From assembly GCF_009914755.1 (NCBI RefSeq), contig NC_060928.1: a stretch of DNA of 64,000 nucleotides; one strand, written 5' to 3'. Positions 32,380 through 44,722 of this stretch are shown here, one piece after another; the first letter of the stretch is position 1; every line of letters starts with the position of its first letter. Both the position numbers and the translations under genes were made by a program. The notes under the pieces are model-generated. The model worked only from the letters and a program-made list of their open reading frames with translations, was not told where the DNA came from and ran no database searches. The DNA is from the human T2T-CHM13v2.0 reference genome, Homo sapiens.

Positions 32380-34239
32380 ACTATATCATGTTCTGTCTCC
32401 ATCTGTTTTGGTAAATAAGTTAATATATACCACTCATAAACCACATACAAATTACTTACTACGCAGAGTACCTATAGAGAAAATCTCTCTCCTCAGTTTT
32501 ACAATTCCCAAGTTGCACTTACAGTTAGAAAGAAACACTATATAAATAAAACCTACATGTCACAGGTTCTCAGAATGCTAATGATAGAAGAGGAAGTAGT
32601 AAGTCCAAGGAGTGTTATCTAAAAAGTCATTATGAATGTCTATTATATTGTTACCTCAGCATCATAGCAGTAGGTAAATATGAAAGTCAGCTTTCTCTGA
32701 TCTGACATGGTTAGATGTCAAACTTTTAAACACCTAGAGGCAAGAATCAAGTTTTATCCATCTTTTTATCTTCTATAGCACTTGGCTTCATACAAACCAG
32801 TCATTCAAGAAATGTGTATAAAATTAAAAGGAAAACAAAATTGCCATTTCCTGACACAGGCTACCAATTACATAATTAAATATATACAATAATAAAACAA
32901 TTCTGAGCAAATTTTAATTAGTCTTTATTGATTCAGAACATATTTTCTACTTTCTTTAAGATCATTATTTTAAAATCAAATTTGATTCTGACACAGGGAA
33001 GTGCAGCACAAAATAAGTATTCCACTTTCTTCCTAATTTCTTCTCCAGAAAACTACTAATTTGACTTTCCAAGATGTCACCATTGCCCTGTGGAGAGACA
33101 CAAAAAGGCCTTGGGGCTATTGCCAAGTGTTGAAATACCTGAACTCAGACTTCAGTTGAAGGCAATGATGACACCTACCCCACCGTAGCCTGAGAAGGCA
33201 TCTCTGGGAAGAAGTCGCCTAACTTATGCCCAAAGCATCCATGTGTTTATGCCTGCCTCAAGGAAGCATGGAAAGAAATTGAAGGGACTAGCGGATATAT
33301 GGTGCCACATAAATTTATTTGCCTAAGGCAAGATAGAGAGCTTTGGACAATTTCCTCAAAGGAGCTGTTACTTTGAAAAGCTTGACAACCCACAGGTAAG
33401 AAGGATTCCTTTGTGAGCAGATCAGAAGGAAAAAATTTTAAAAAGCCCTAAGGTTTTCAGCTATAAAGACAGAGAAAATATTTGAGAATGGTCCCAAGGG
33501 CCAAAGACACCAAGAGAGGAGTTTCTATACGTTATAGCTGGAAATTGCTGTTCATATCCATGGCCAATGAGTGCAACCAAGGAAGAGAGGGGACCTAGAA
33601 GAGGAACAACCAAGGGGAATTGCCTCTCTTGATAGTGGCTGCCATTGAAGTTTAGATAGTGTCAGCTTGGGAAAGAAATTTCTTTGCATGGCCAACTCTG
33701 GCCCTTTCTGCTTTCTCCGGAAGGGAAACTGAATTATGCTTATCTTTCCATGCACCTAGAGCTCCTATCCAGCCTGAATAATTCTGCTATTCTTCTTAAT
33801 GAGAAAATTGGTCCACCAGGGGCTAAAAAAAAAACCAGTTAAATTTGCATTGCAGAACTCAAACCAGTTATTGAGACTCGAAAGGGTAAAGTAGCATTCA
33901 GATTCCTGGATTAGAGAGAGTGTACCTTATCAAATGAGCTATGTGAGGTAGCAGTTATAATAATAATAAAAACAATGATAGTAGATAAGATTTACTGAAC
34001 ATTTGCTATATATCAGCCACCATGTTAGGGTTCTATATTCAATTTTTTTATTTAAACATTTCAAAAATCTTATGAGAATTGTTTTATATACAGTATAAAG
34101 AAGGATGGAGAATTGAGGTGAGGAAAATGCAAGATGACAGAATTTGCCATTGTTTTCTTGTGTTATAAGTTAGTATTTGAACTTGCAAAGCTTTGTCTTC
34201 TCAGAGCAACCTGCCTTTTCTGATATCTATCTGTGTCAT

Positions 34240-34772
34240 TTAAATCTTTGCTTCCTTTGTAAGAGTCAGAAACCTAACTCAAAATAGGCTAAGTAGAAAA
34301 GACATTTTAGGAGCTCATATAATCAAACCACAGGTAGCAACAGGGCACCAGATCTCCATGCCTTATCTCTATTTCTCTTTAGGTGCATTACTCTCTCGCA
34401 TATAGCGGACAAGGATTCTCCACTTGGCTGGGAAAATAGCTGTTTACAATTCCACATTTACCTCTTCTCAGGTTCATGACTCCAGAGGGAAGAGATGCCT
34501 GGGGAAGAGACCAGTGTGAAGAAACACAGGGAAGAATCCCTGACCCCTTGGGTCCCCTGTCGCTACCCTGAACTAATCATTGTAGCCTGAATGTTCAGAC
34601 CTGAATTATGTGCCCACCTCTATGGCCAAAAAGTTAAGGCCCTGTAATTGGCCACCCCATCAGAATCACAGGAATGTAGGGAGAAGGGAGTAGTTCTTTC
34701 AAGAAGGAGTAGGAGACGCAGTTACCAGAGTAAGAAATGCAGGGCCGACAAAAATAGCAGATGCCGACTATA
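34240..34772 (-). mobile_element. Old MLT1 LTR (MLT1J/K/L-like)
   Basis: gtaagagtcagaaacctaactcaaaataggctaag...ccctgaactaatcattgtagcc...atgtgcccacctct. Confidence 0.6.
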
Positions 34773-34774
34773 CT

Positions 34775-34912
34775 CCTGATGTGTGCACAACTCACCAGAA
34801 GAGCTTGCTAAAATGCAGAGTTTGATTCAAAAAGCCTTTGGCAGGGCCTGAGGTTCTATATTTCTTACAAGATCCCAGATGATGTCACAGACCACACCCA
34901 GGCAGCAAGGCA
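34775..34912. mobile_element. MER5-type fragment
   Basis: cttgctaaaatgcagagtttgattca...gcagggcctgagg...cccagatgat...gaccacac. Confidence 0.65.
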
Positions 34913-37764
34913 CTAGCCTTCTTCCACGCATTGCCCTGATCGTCTAATGGGGCAGATGCTCTAAAGCTCGGGGCTCCCCAGCAGGGACGAATGCAATCTC
35001 ACATGCTTGTCTGAGTGTTGTGCCTTTTCAGGACCAGCTGTGCTCCCGTCACAACACTGAAATAGAAGAGGTGTTACACGTCAGGATTGAGACATATGGG
35101 CAGAACTCTGTGATAAAAACACTTTACAATTTCATATCACCTTTCATTCCAGAGTGTTTAGAGGCCATATACATTCAGCACCACAGAAAGATGATAGAGG
35201 AAGCAGACTCCATGGGGTGAAGGAGGTGGCAAGAGATGGAGTGGGGGTGGGGGAATCTGTAAGTCAAGCATAGTGGGACATTTCTCTGCAAAAGTCAACA
35301 CAACACCAAAAATGTAAAAGAGAAAAAAAAAAGCAAATGAAGATCTTTAAGGTTTATGTTGAAACAGCAATAGTACATAAGTTAATGTTCAGGATCATTT
35401 TCATGGAGTCATCTTAATCTAGGCAACTCCATAAGTTGCCTAGATATGTTGGTACTCTGTGAGCACAGATGGAAAAAAAGGAAATCAGAAATGAGCTAAA
35501 CAAATAAGAAGATTAAAAATATTATCAGAAAATCTATAAGGTCTGAGTCTAGCAACCCCAGCTTATATAAGGTATGTCAGTTTTCTTAATTAAATGATTA
35601 AGTCTCAAAATCTTGAAGGGCAGTTTTCGATCACATGTTCTCTGGCATGGGAAGTAGCCTTTTGTTTCAGAGCATTTAGTAAAAGAAAGGACTTTTCTAA
35701 ATGCTACAAAATGCAAACATGTAACTTAACCTTGATACTCCTGATAACAATAGGGGTAGTTAATATTTGTCCTGGGGAAAAAAAAGTCACTTTATGACAG
35801 AGGTTGAAAATGGAAACTAACTTTTAATGACTCCAGGAGTGTTTGCCTGTAAAAGAAATCCACATTCGAGCACTGCTGTTTCCCATTTGTTATCAAGGAC
35901 TCCTGAGGGGCTTCCAGTGACTTGGAAGGAGTTCTATTTTCACTTCTTCTGGCTCCTGTGACTATGTCTAACAGCTGATAAATGAAGACCCACAAGCTCC
36001 CACAGGATGGTTTCAAAGGGAATGTGCTCCAGGCAGTATGTAGCCACCTGCCAGGGAAGCACATATCAGATCAAAACGGCAAGGAGAGAAATCTTTTCCC
36101 TGTTTCACATTTCCTGGTGTTTCCAGTGAATTCATTCTATTAATCTACTTTGTGAAATATTTAGTACCTCTGCTTATTTATGAGCATCCACAAAATCTTC
36201 AAGATAACAAGAAAAAAGGGAACAGGGATTCTTAGACCAGAAATGCGTCTTTCGTTCTTTTTTGTTCACCGTCTGCCTTCCCTTGTTTCTTCTCCCACTC
36301 ATGCTTAAGACAAGGTGGTGAAGCCTTCCCCAGCAAGCAGATAACAGTAGTCACTCCATCAGGAGAATGGAATTTTAAATCACAGCATTATTGTTTTGTC
36401 AGAGAGAAAATCATGGTACTTCTAGAGCTCAGAAAGGGATTTTCCAGTACAGATATTTTCTTTATAACAGAAACTCCTCATTTTTATTAGGAAATACATT
36501 AAAATGACTTATTACTCTTGTGCCCTCACACAGTAATTTTGGGCTCCTGGCAGAGTCCTGGTCAAAAGCCTATTTTTATAAATCATGGGAAGTGGCTGTT
36601 GCAGCTGGTTATCTCTTAGGATTCTGTCAGTTCCACAACGAGAAATGGTGCTGCCACGCTCACTCCAAAGGAAGGTGGTGGTGAAGTGTGGGTTTCAGAT
36701 AAGGATTTACACTGAGAGGCCAGCTCTAGAAACTACACAAAAGATAATAGATAGGAGACGGGCAAGGAGAAAGTTACAGTCATAAAATTAGAGTTATTAC
36801 AAACAGGCAAATAAATGAACACGTTCCATTCTGGTTTGCTTTTACATTTGGCAATAGCACAAAAACAAAATTGAATATGTATCTTGTGAATTAAAATAAT
36901 CTACTATGCCAGCTTGAAAGAGAAAGTTACCAATTAAATGGCGTATTTTAGATATCCAATCATCTTTGTTTGATTCAGCATTTGACTTATTAACTGATAG
37001 TCCATTTGCTTCTCAAAAACTTTAGGGTACCTCAACATTCAACGAATGTCAACCACATCCATATGAGTTGAGCATTTACTCTGTCCAGGCACAGTTCTAA
37101 GAATTGGGCATTTGTGGTAGTCAAGACAAGCATGCCTCTGCCTCTCAGAGCTGACAGTCTAGCAGTGTAGTCTAGTTAGCAAGGAGAATGGAATTGTTCA
37201 TATGTGGTGATTGAAACCAGAACAGTGCTACTAAGAGCACTGTGACCACTGAATCATCAGCTACATTGTAGAAACTCACTTATTAAGTGTAAGTGTTATC
37301 CCTAATATAAAGGGTACCACATCACCTTTAGATTCTACAAAGTCTCTGTCTGCTAAGTCCACACTCATCAAAGACACTTTAGCATGGATACCAAAATATG
37401 TCCAGAACAGTTTCAGTCGAATTCAATTTAAGTCCATAAGCATCCATCGAGTGTCTCTGAAGTGTAAAGCACATTGTTTGGTCGTTACACCCACTCTTAG
37501 GTTGTCTATAATGGCATTCAGGAGATATTTACATAAAGAACAGGAATGGAAAGCAGAATGTAGTGGACATTCTGTAAGAGAAGTTTAAATTTAAGGTCTA
37601 GGTATACTTGGGGAGAAAATGTTAACTTTAGCTCAGATGACTAGGGAAGATCTCTATAGATAAAGTTTCAAGAACACCATGAAGGTTGAGAGGATCTCAT
37701 CAGATTGGTTGGGTGAAGGCAGAAGAATGCAAAGATTAAGAATTAGCAGTGCAAGGTGATGGTC

Positions 37765-37938
37765 AGAATTCTAACACCGTCTTACTAGTTGCATGACTTA
37801 CGCCAGTTTCTTATTTGTAAATGACAGTTAGAAAGATTAAATCATAGGCTTGTTGTTGGGACTAAAGACAATGATTCATGTAAAGTGCCTTACACAGTGC
37901 CTTTTATATAAGTACACAATAAATATTAGTCTCTATTA
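37765..37938 (+). mobile_element. MIR within L2 relics
   Basis: cagtttcttatttgtaaatg...catgtaaagtgccttacacagtgcc...caataaatattag. Confidence 0.7.
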
Positions 37939-38225
37939 TTGTTACAGAATAAGCATAGAGGAATGAAAACAGACAAGTACAGGGCATGCAAGAGGAATAG
38001 CTGATGAAGTCCATGAAGACCTCATTGAAAAAGGGAGCTAGAGGACAGATTATTGAGGGCCTCAAAATAAGAAAAAGTAATATGGCCTTTATTGTATAAA
38101 AAAATAAGAAACCACTCAAGGTTTGGAGTAAGAAAGTGACATAATTAAATCATAATTAAATTGTATGTCACTCTTACCAATTTTAAGACAATATTTCTGA
38201 AGTCTTTTTAAGATGCATGGTGGTA

Positions 38226-38675
38226 ACACTGTTCACAATAGCAGAGACATGGAATCAACCTAAATGCCCATCAGTGACAGAACAGATTTTTTAAATGTGG
38301 TACATATACACCATGGAATATTATTCAGCCATAAAAACAGAATGACAGCATGTCTTTTGCAGGAATGCGGATGGAGCTGGAGGCTATCATCCTTAGCAAA
38401 CTAACACAGGAACAGAAAACCAAATATCACATGTTCTCATTTATAAGTGGGAGCTGAATGATAAGAACTTATGAGCACAAAGAAGGAAACAACAGACACT
38501 GTGGTATGCTTGAGGTAGGAGGGTGGGAGGAGGAAGATGAACAGAAAAGACAACTATTGGGTACTGAGCTTAATACCTGGGTGATATAATAATATGTAAA
38601 ACTCCCATGACACATGTTTCCCCATGTAACAAACCTTCACGTGTACCCCCAAACCTAAAATAAATTTTTTTAAAA
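38226..38675 (+). mobile_element. L1 3' end (L1PREC2/old L1PA-like)
   Basis: cacaaagaaggaaacaacagacactg...gaaaagacaactattgggtactg...gtacccccaaacctaaaataaa; degenerate TSD aagatg(c/t)atgg..gtaa. Confidence 0.88.
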
Positions 38676-40123
38676 AAGATGTATGGCTGTAAAATGATCA
38701 TGACTTTGAGTACTACTAATAAGAATATCTACTATTCACCAAGTGCTTACTATGCATAGCATTGTGCAAGGTGCTCCACATATTTTTAAAATTTAATCGT
38801 TACCAAAAAAATCTATGAATCATGTATAAGCAAACTGATATTTAAAAAAAATTAGAAAACTGAGGCTCAGAGAGGTTAAGAAGAGCCAAGATGACATCCC
38901 TAAAGGAAAAATACTACTGAATGATGATTCCTTCAGGAAACCTAATAGTTCTGTTCTGGTTTGTTCTGTCCTTATATTTACCACACTACATTGCATTCAA
39001 TTCTTAATTGTCTGTTTCCGCACTCGAGTGAAATCTTCTTGCATCAGGACCTTTATTAGTCATCATTATGATCATTGTGTTCTAGACAATCAACAGCCAC
39101 ATTGTGAGTGAATGCATACATAAATGACTGTAATTTTATGGCAGCATTTTCATTGTATAGCATATCTATAAGCTTCATCCGACCTGCTGCAAGCCTGTTA
39201 GTGTTGATACTAGAATATATGCATGTGAAGTTTATATTTTCACTTTTTAAATCTTTATAATACAGTTAGAATAGGGTTAAAAATTTTTCTGGCCCAATTA
39301 ATGTATTTTGCCCCTAAAATGTAAGTAAAATAAGTATTTAATTCACATACCTTGTATTTTTGCCATCAGAAAAATCATGCTTTTTAAAAAATAATTTTCA
39401 TTTTCTGGACAAAGGAAGTTTCAAATATCTACTCTTTGAGTAATCTTTTCCACGAAAAGGAAAAAAGCCATTTCTTAAAGCCGGATTATATTTAGAGTCC
39501 TCTAGAGTCAATTTGACCCAGATTCAGCCTAGCCAGAAAAAGAAAAGGTGATATACAAAACAAAAAAAAGATTGAAACATGAAAGAAAATTAATAACTCT
39601 GTATTAAAATGGGCAATCAATAAGGCAAAGAATAATACAAACCCTTCAGATCATTGTAGTATGGGGTTTTGTCTGGCTGACTGATGTTGATTCTCTGGCT
39701 CCAGACTAACGTGACATGGACAGTGGTTCTATTTTCTTTTGGTTAATACATTGAAACTAGTGCTATCTGTTAAACATTACTACGGATAATCTTACATAGC
39801 TTGAAATTTAAAAGAGGAACACCTATAAGGCAATTTGATTTTATCCAGAAGATTCAAAACAGAAATAATTTTTTTCTTTTTTGGTTCAGCACACACAATG
39901 TGAGACTTAGGATGGTTCATCATAAAGAGTAGTTCATAATAAAGAGTGAATAAATTTATTACATCTAGGACTTTAAAATTACCAGGAATAATGCAAGTAG
40001 ATGATAACACAAGTATAAAATATACATACATAAATGTATCTGTATTGGATGGTTACCAAAGATTATAATTTCTGCATTTTGATTTCTATATCTCCCATAT
40101 TTTCTACAGCTGTCTGATTCCAT

Positions 40124-40508
40124 TGTGATGTTGGACTGCTGTCGGCTTTCAAGTGCCCCCACCACCCTTTCCCTTTACTTGGGCAAGCTCATAAGAAAAC
40201 TTGCATGGTCCCTCCTTTGTTGCCAGTAGGGAGTGTGAACTATAAAATGCTAGGTCTGTGGGCATGAACCCTCACCCTACACCCATCCCCCAACTACAAT
40301 AAAAGCTGAACAAGTCTGCTTTCTCTACTCTCTCAAGTCGTCTCTGGACCTGTTTGGGAGGCTACCCTGCTCTCTGCAGAAAGCCTCATTATGTGAGTAA
40401 TAAACCTTGTCATATCTTTTTAGTGCATGTGTAGCTACATCAGTCTTGACATCAGAATCAGACTTTGGATGAAGGTTCACCTACCTCTGTGGCCTGAATG
40501 ATAGCCAT
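40124..40508 (+). mobile_element. ERVL-class solo LTR (MER54/73/74-like)
   Basis: TG...CA ends, aataaaagc, aaagcctcattatgtgagtaataaacctt, catcagtcttgacatc; subfamily uncertain. Confidence 0.6.
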
Positions 40509-40832
40509 CAATATATATTGTTTTATGATTTCAAAAGCACATAAAAATGAACAAAGTTTAAAAGGTTTTAATGACCCTCATCAACATATACCACCTCTCT
40601 CCCCCTCTTTCTCTCTCTCACATACACACACACACACACACACAGCAAGGTAAAATCTGTCACTTTTCAATATATATTTCCTGGATATTTTGAAAAAAAA
40701 ATTTATATCAAATTATGGAGGAAATTAAACTATTACTGCTTTCAAATAATTTTCTGTGAAAACGTTAGAAGTAACTAATAAAATGGACATTGAGGGAATT
40801 TTGATCAGAGAGTATAATGAAAATTTCAAAAG

Positions 40833-40972
40833 TAGCTGGGCATGGTGGCTCACGCCTATAATCCCAGCACTTTGAGAGGCTGCAGTGGAAGAACTGCTTG
40901 AGCCCAGAAGTTCAAGACCAGCCTGGGCAATATAGTGAGACCTCACTTCTAAAAAAATAAGAAGAAGAAAAT
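40833..40972 (+). mobile_element. FLAM / Alu left monomer
   Basis: Single monomer with cttgagcccagaagttcaagaccagcctgggcaa and A-rich tail; degenerate TSD aaatt..aaaagta. Confidence 0.9.
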
Positions 40973-40989
40973 TAAAAAGTATTAAAAGT

Positions 40990-41200
40990 AAATATTTATC
41001 AAGTGCTATTATGAACTAGACTCTATTTTTAAAAGCTTTGTATGTATTAACTCACTTAGTCCTCATGACAACCTTATGCAGTAGATACTTTTATAATTCC
41101 ATTTTACAGATAAGGAAACTAAACCACAGGGAGATGAAGTAACTTGCTCAAATCACAGAGCTAGGAAGTAAAAGAAGTTGGATTTGGAAACCCAGGAAAC
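40990..41200 (-). mobile_element. MIR
   Basis: ccattttacagataaggaaactaaaccacagggagatgaagtaacttgctcaaatcacagagctaggaag. Confidence 0.8.
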
Positions 41201-41384
41201 ATTTTCAGAACCATATACTATAAAATCCCCCTTAACTGTCTCCTTTACAAAATTAAATAACACCATATTTAATCATAGTTATATTTTATATTAAATTTAT
41301 TATCTATTTCATTTATGTGAATATTTTCTAAGTTATAACAGTTTGCAAGCCCTAAACTAGACGAAGCTGAGAACTGGCAGATAT

Positions 41385-42012
41385 TATGGATTAAATTTGC
41401 ATAGCATTTATTTTCCCTTTCCTAATAATGGTCCAGTTTTCCTCCATGCATCCACCTCTTCCCTCATGCAGCCCATATTCATAAAGGTGCACTAACCACA
41501 TCCCTATCTCCTGGGAAATTTGTTTAGAGGTAATCTCAACACATCTGCCACGGTGATTGGGTCAGGAAAACAGACATAAGCCGATCAGCACATGGCCTTG
41601 CCCTGGCCTCAAGGACTGGTGCAGGAATGGACATGTAATCTAATTTACACCAGTGAAATACAAAGAAAGGTTTACGTGAAACTCCTGGGAAATAATTTTT
41701 CTCACTCTTAATTAAAAACAACCAGAAAAAAGTTTTCACTTCCTCTGAAAATCATGAAATGAAACTGTGAGGCTTAAAGTAACTAGTCCTTTTGCTTCCA
41801 AAAGAAGCCAGCCTGAAGATGAAGCCAATACACAGAGGAGGCTACAGCTGAGCAAACTGAAGAGAACCAGCCAAAGCCACTGGATTAAATCAGACTGAAG
41901 CCTGTCCCCTCTGAATGTTCGAGCATGGGAGTTAATAATATTTATTTGTTTATTTAAGCTAGTTTAATTTTGTTTTCTGTTACTTACAGACCTAACTCAC
42001 ATATACCTAAAA
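41385..42012 (+). mobile_element. Old MLT1 LTR
   Basis: gaagccagcctgaagatgaagccaatacacagagg...actggattaaatcagactgaagcc...ttaagctagttt...ttttctgttacttaca. Confidence 0.65.
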
Positions 42013-43954
42013 TCAGACTGCCTCTAGTGATTTTATACCACTCTATCCTTCCAACAAACATCCATACAAAACACTCACTCTCTTGGTACCAATGTAACAT
42101 TCCATATTCATGTTGAGAGGAAACGTCAATAACTTTTCTCTGGGATTTGTGCCCGTCGGTCTGTATTTTCATTTGTAGAAGTGTTCTTAACAGCCTTCCT
42201 TCCCTATTTGTCTTCATGATTAATCCCAGGCTTTCTCAAAGTTTGTTCCTGAGTGCCATGTTGTAACAGATTGGGGGAAGGAAGCTCATCACAAGCTTGA
42301 GATTGTTTTCAGTGTTTATTCCTTGTACTCCCTGAGTCACCCTGAGACAGTGACTAAGAGGATCACGTGGAAGGTCATTGAAGAATGAAATAAAGTTTGT
42401 CAAGTTGAGCACTTAGAAGCATGAAAGCTCACACATTAAAAAGTGGAGAAGTAGCCAACAATTGATAAATGGCTGAATAAATTACATTCTAGGTACTCCA
42501 AGAAATATTATGCAATTTTAAAAAATATATGACTAAAAACTATGTTAGACTATGGTAGACTCTGAAGAAATAACTTAGCCATCATACTAATAGGTTAAAA
42601 AAATACAAACTTGTCTACATAGTATTTATAATTTACTATTTGAAATGGGCATTGATTATTTTATTAAGGAAAATTTTACTGTTTTAACATAAGAATGCTT
42701 ATTCATTTAAGATATGTGAACATAAAGTTATGGAGGAAACATTTAGCACTGCATAGCTTGAAGATCTCAATGTCCACTTTCCCAAAGAGGTTTTCTAAGC
42801 CAGAGGAGAAGTACAGTGTCCAAAATAAGACCTCACACCCCATAAAATTTAAATACTGTCTCTCAAGTGCTAAGAAACAAAAGACTGCCGGTCAGGTCTT
42901 CTGGGTCACTTGGCAAACTTTCAACCTCCTCCACAGCAATAAAACCATGCAAGAAGCAATATAGCTGAGGAGGGGGCAAAAATAGGATTGGAAGGAGTTG
43001 TGAATCTGTCTGCCTTCACCAGATTATGCAAGGAAAAGAGGCAATGAATTAGATAATACCGGGCTGCAAATCTGTATTTATCATAACTTTCCAAAAGTGA
43101 AGAGCAAAGTGAAAGATAGAAATGAAGGACAGACAAGAGGAAAGTGAGGTAGAGGAGAGGGAAATAGAAAGACAGATGCCAGAGATATGTAAATAAAAGG
43201 ACAGATGATAAACTAGAATTATGGATGTAGATAAAGGAGTTAATAGAAAGGACAGAAAGAAAGTGAACAGAGAACAAGACAAGAAAGGATACTCCCGGCG
43301 GCGTCAGACCTGATGATGAAAACTTTGGCAAGACCCAGGGAAGGGAAGGTGGAGGAGAATGACAAATGTGCGGCATAAAAATCAATCATCTTTTCTAGAT
43401 CTCTGCAGGAACAAATTTTCCAGAGATTTAGATTTGGTAAACAGACCAAGCCGGATCACATGAGGAACTTAAAGGGGATTTGACATGTCAAACACACAGA
43501 AGCCAAGGTTTGCCTATAATGTTGAAAATAACACCATGCATGGCCTTTTAGTATCAGGCTCATTTCAAATAACTGCAATTCATAGAGGCTTCCCTAAGAA
43601 ACCCAAGACAGTGTACTAGTTTTTATTTAGCTGTAAGATATGGCAATAATAATTCATACTTGATTTATATAGCCTTGTTAATTTTTCCTCTTCAAAGAAA
43701 GGAAAACGCAGACTTCAAAACTATGTGTTGTGTCCATACATGCTTTGTATTGTTTGTTAACATGTTTACATTTAATATTTTAAATTGACTCTATATTTAC
43801 TACAATGCGATAGAACTGTCGGACTGAAAGAAAAGCACATTTGAAAATAGTCTATACTTTCTGATTTTTAAAATTAAGATTCTTTAAGCATAAACTGTTA
43901 CCTGAGAGTGAATTATGGGCTTAAATTGCTTTATTAATTTTCAGATCCAGCAGA

Positions 43955-44188
43955 CCATAAGCATAGTGATTAAGAGAATGAGCTTTGGAGTGAGATAGAC
44001 CTGCCTGGGTCCAGGACCCACCATTTATCATCATGTCTGGCCTTTTTCATAACATTTCTGACACAGAATCTCCCTGTCTTTAAGATAAAGATAGCAATCT
44101 CTGCCTCGTGGCTATTGTGAGAATTAAATAATACATATTGAGCTCTTAGAACAGCACCTGACACATGATAAATATTCAGTAAATGCTT
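43955..44188 (+). mobile_element. MIR, near full length
   Basis: gcatagtgattaagagaatgagctttggag...cctgcctgggtcc...attgtgagaattaaat...cttagaacagcacctgacacat. Confidence 0.85.
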
Positions 44189-44309
44189 CCACAAGTTCTG
44201 AATGTCATCATTGGTATTGTTAATGTCATCGTCGATATTATTGCCAATATTCTTATCAATGAGAGTGGGAATTTTACTAAGGAAACATCATTTCTTGTAT
44301 AGTTGCTAT

Positions 44310-44722
44310 ATTCAGACACACTGAGGTCCCTGACTTTCTGTGTATAATTTCCTCTGCCTGGAAAGTCCCTGCCACCACCTACCACCACCTCCTGCCTGGC
44401 CATGTCCCACTCATCTCCCACTCTCAGCTAAAACATGGCTTCTTACTAGAACCCAACCTTCACTGATCCCGAAGGATGGAGTTGACCCGTAGCACCCGCT
44501 CTTCACCTATGCTATTCTCATCACATTACACTGTAATTCCGCGTTTATTTTATAGACCTGTATGCTCCTCATATTATACACAGACATACACACACAAGTG
44601 AGCTTAAGCTCTATGAAAACCTAAATCTATCTTCTGGGCTTTCATTTCTAATACAAACATATAGCCAAAGCATTCCTGGCACATACTAAGTCCCTAATAA
44701 ATGCAATTTTGAATAAATGAAA
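44310..44722 (+). mobile_element. L2 3' fragment
   Basis: ttcctctgcctggaa...taagctctatga...cctggcacatactaagtccctaataaatgc...gaataaatgaa. Confidence 0.65.

Noticed and set aside
33809-33826. CTCF-like tggtccaccaggggcta
   Set aside because: One G short and lacks the GGCGC end; too weak without ChIP data.
42921-43385. 154-aa hydrophobic minus-strand ORF
   Set aside because: The Leu/Phe/Ser bias follows from the purine-rich plus strand; no recognisable homology.
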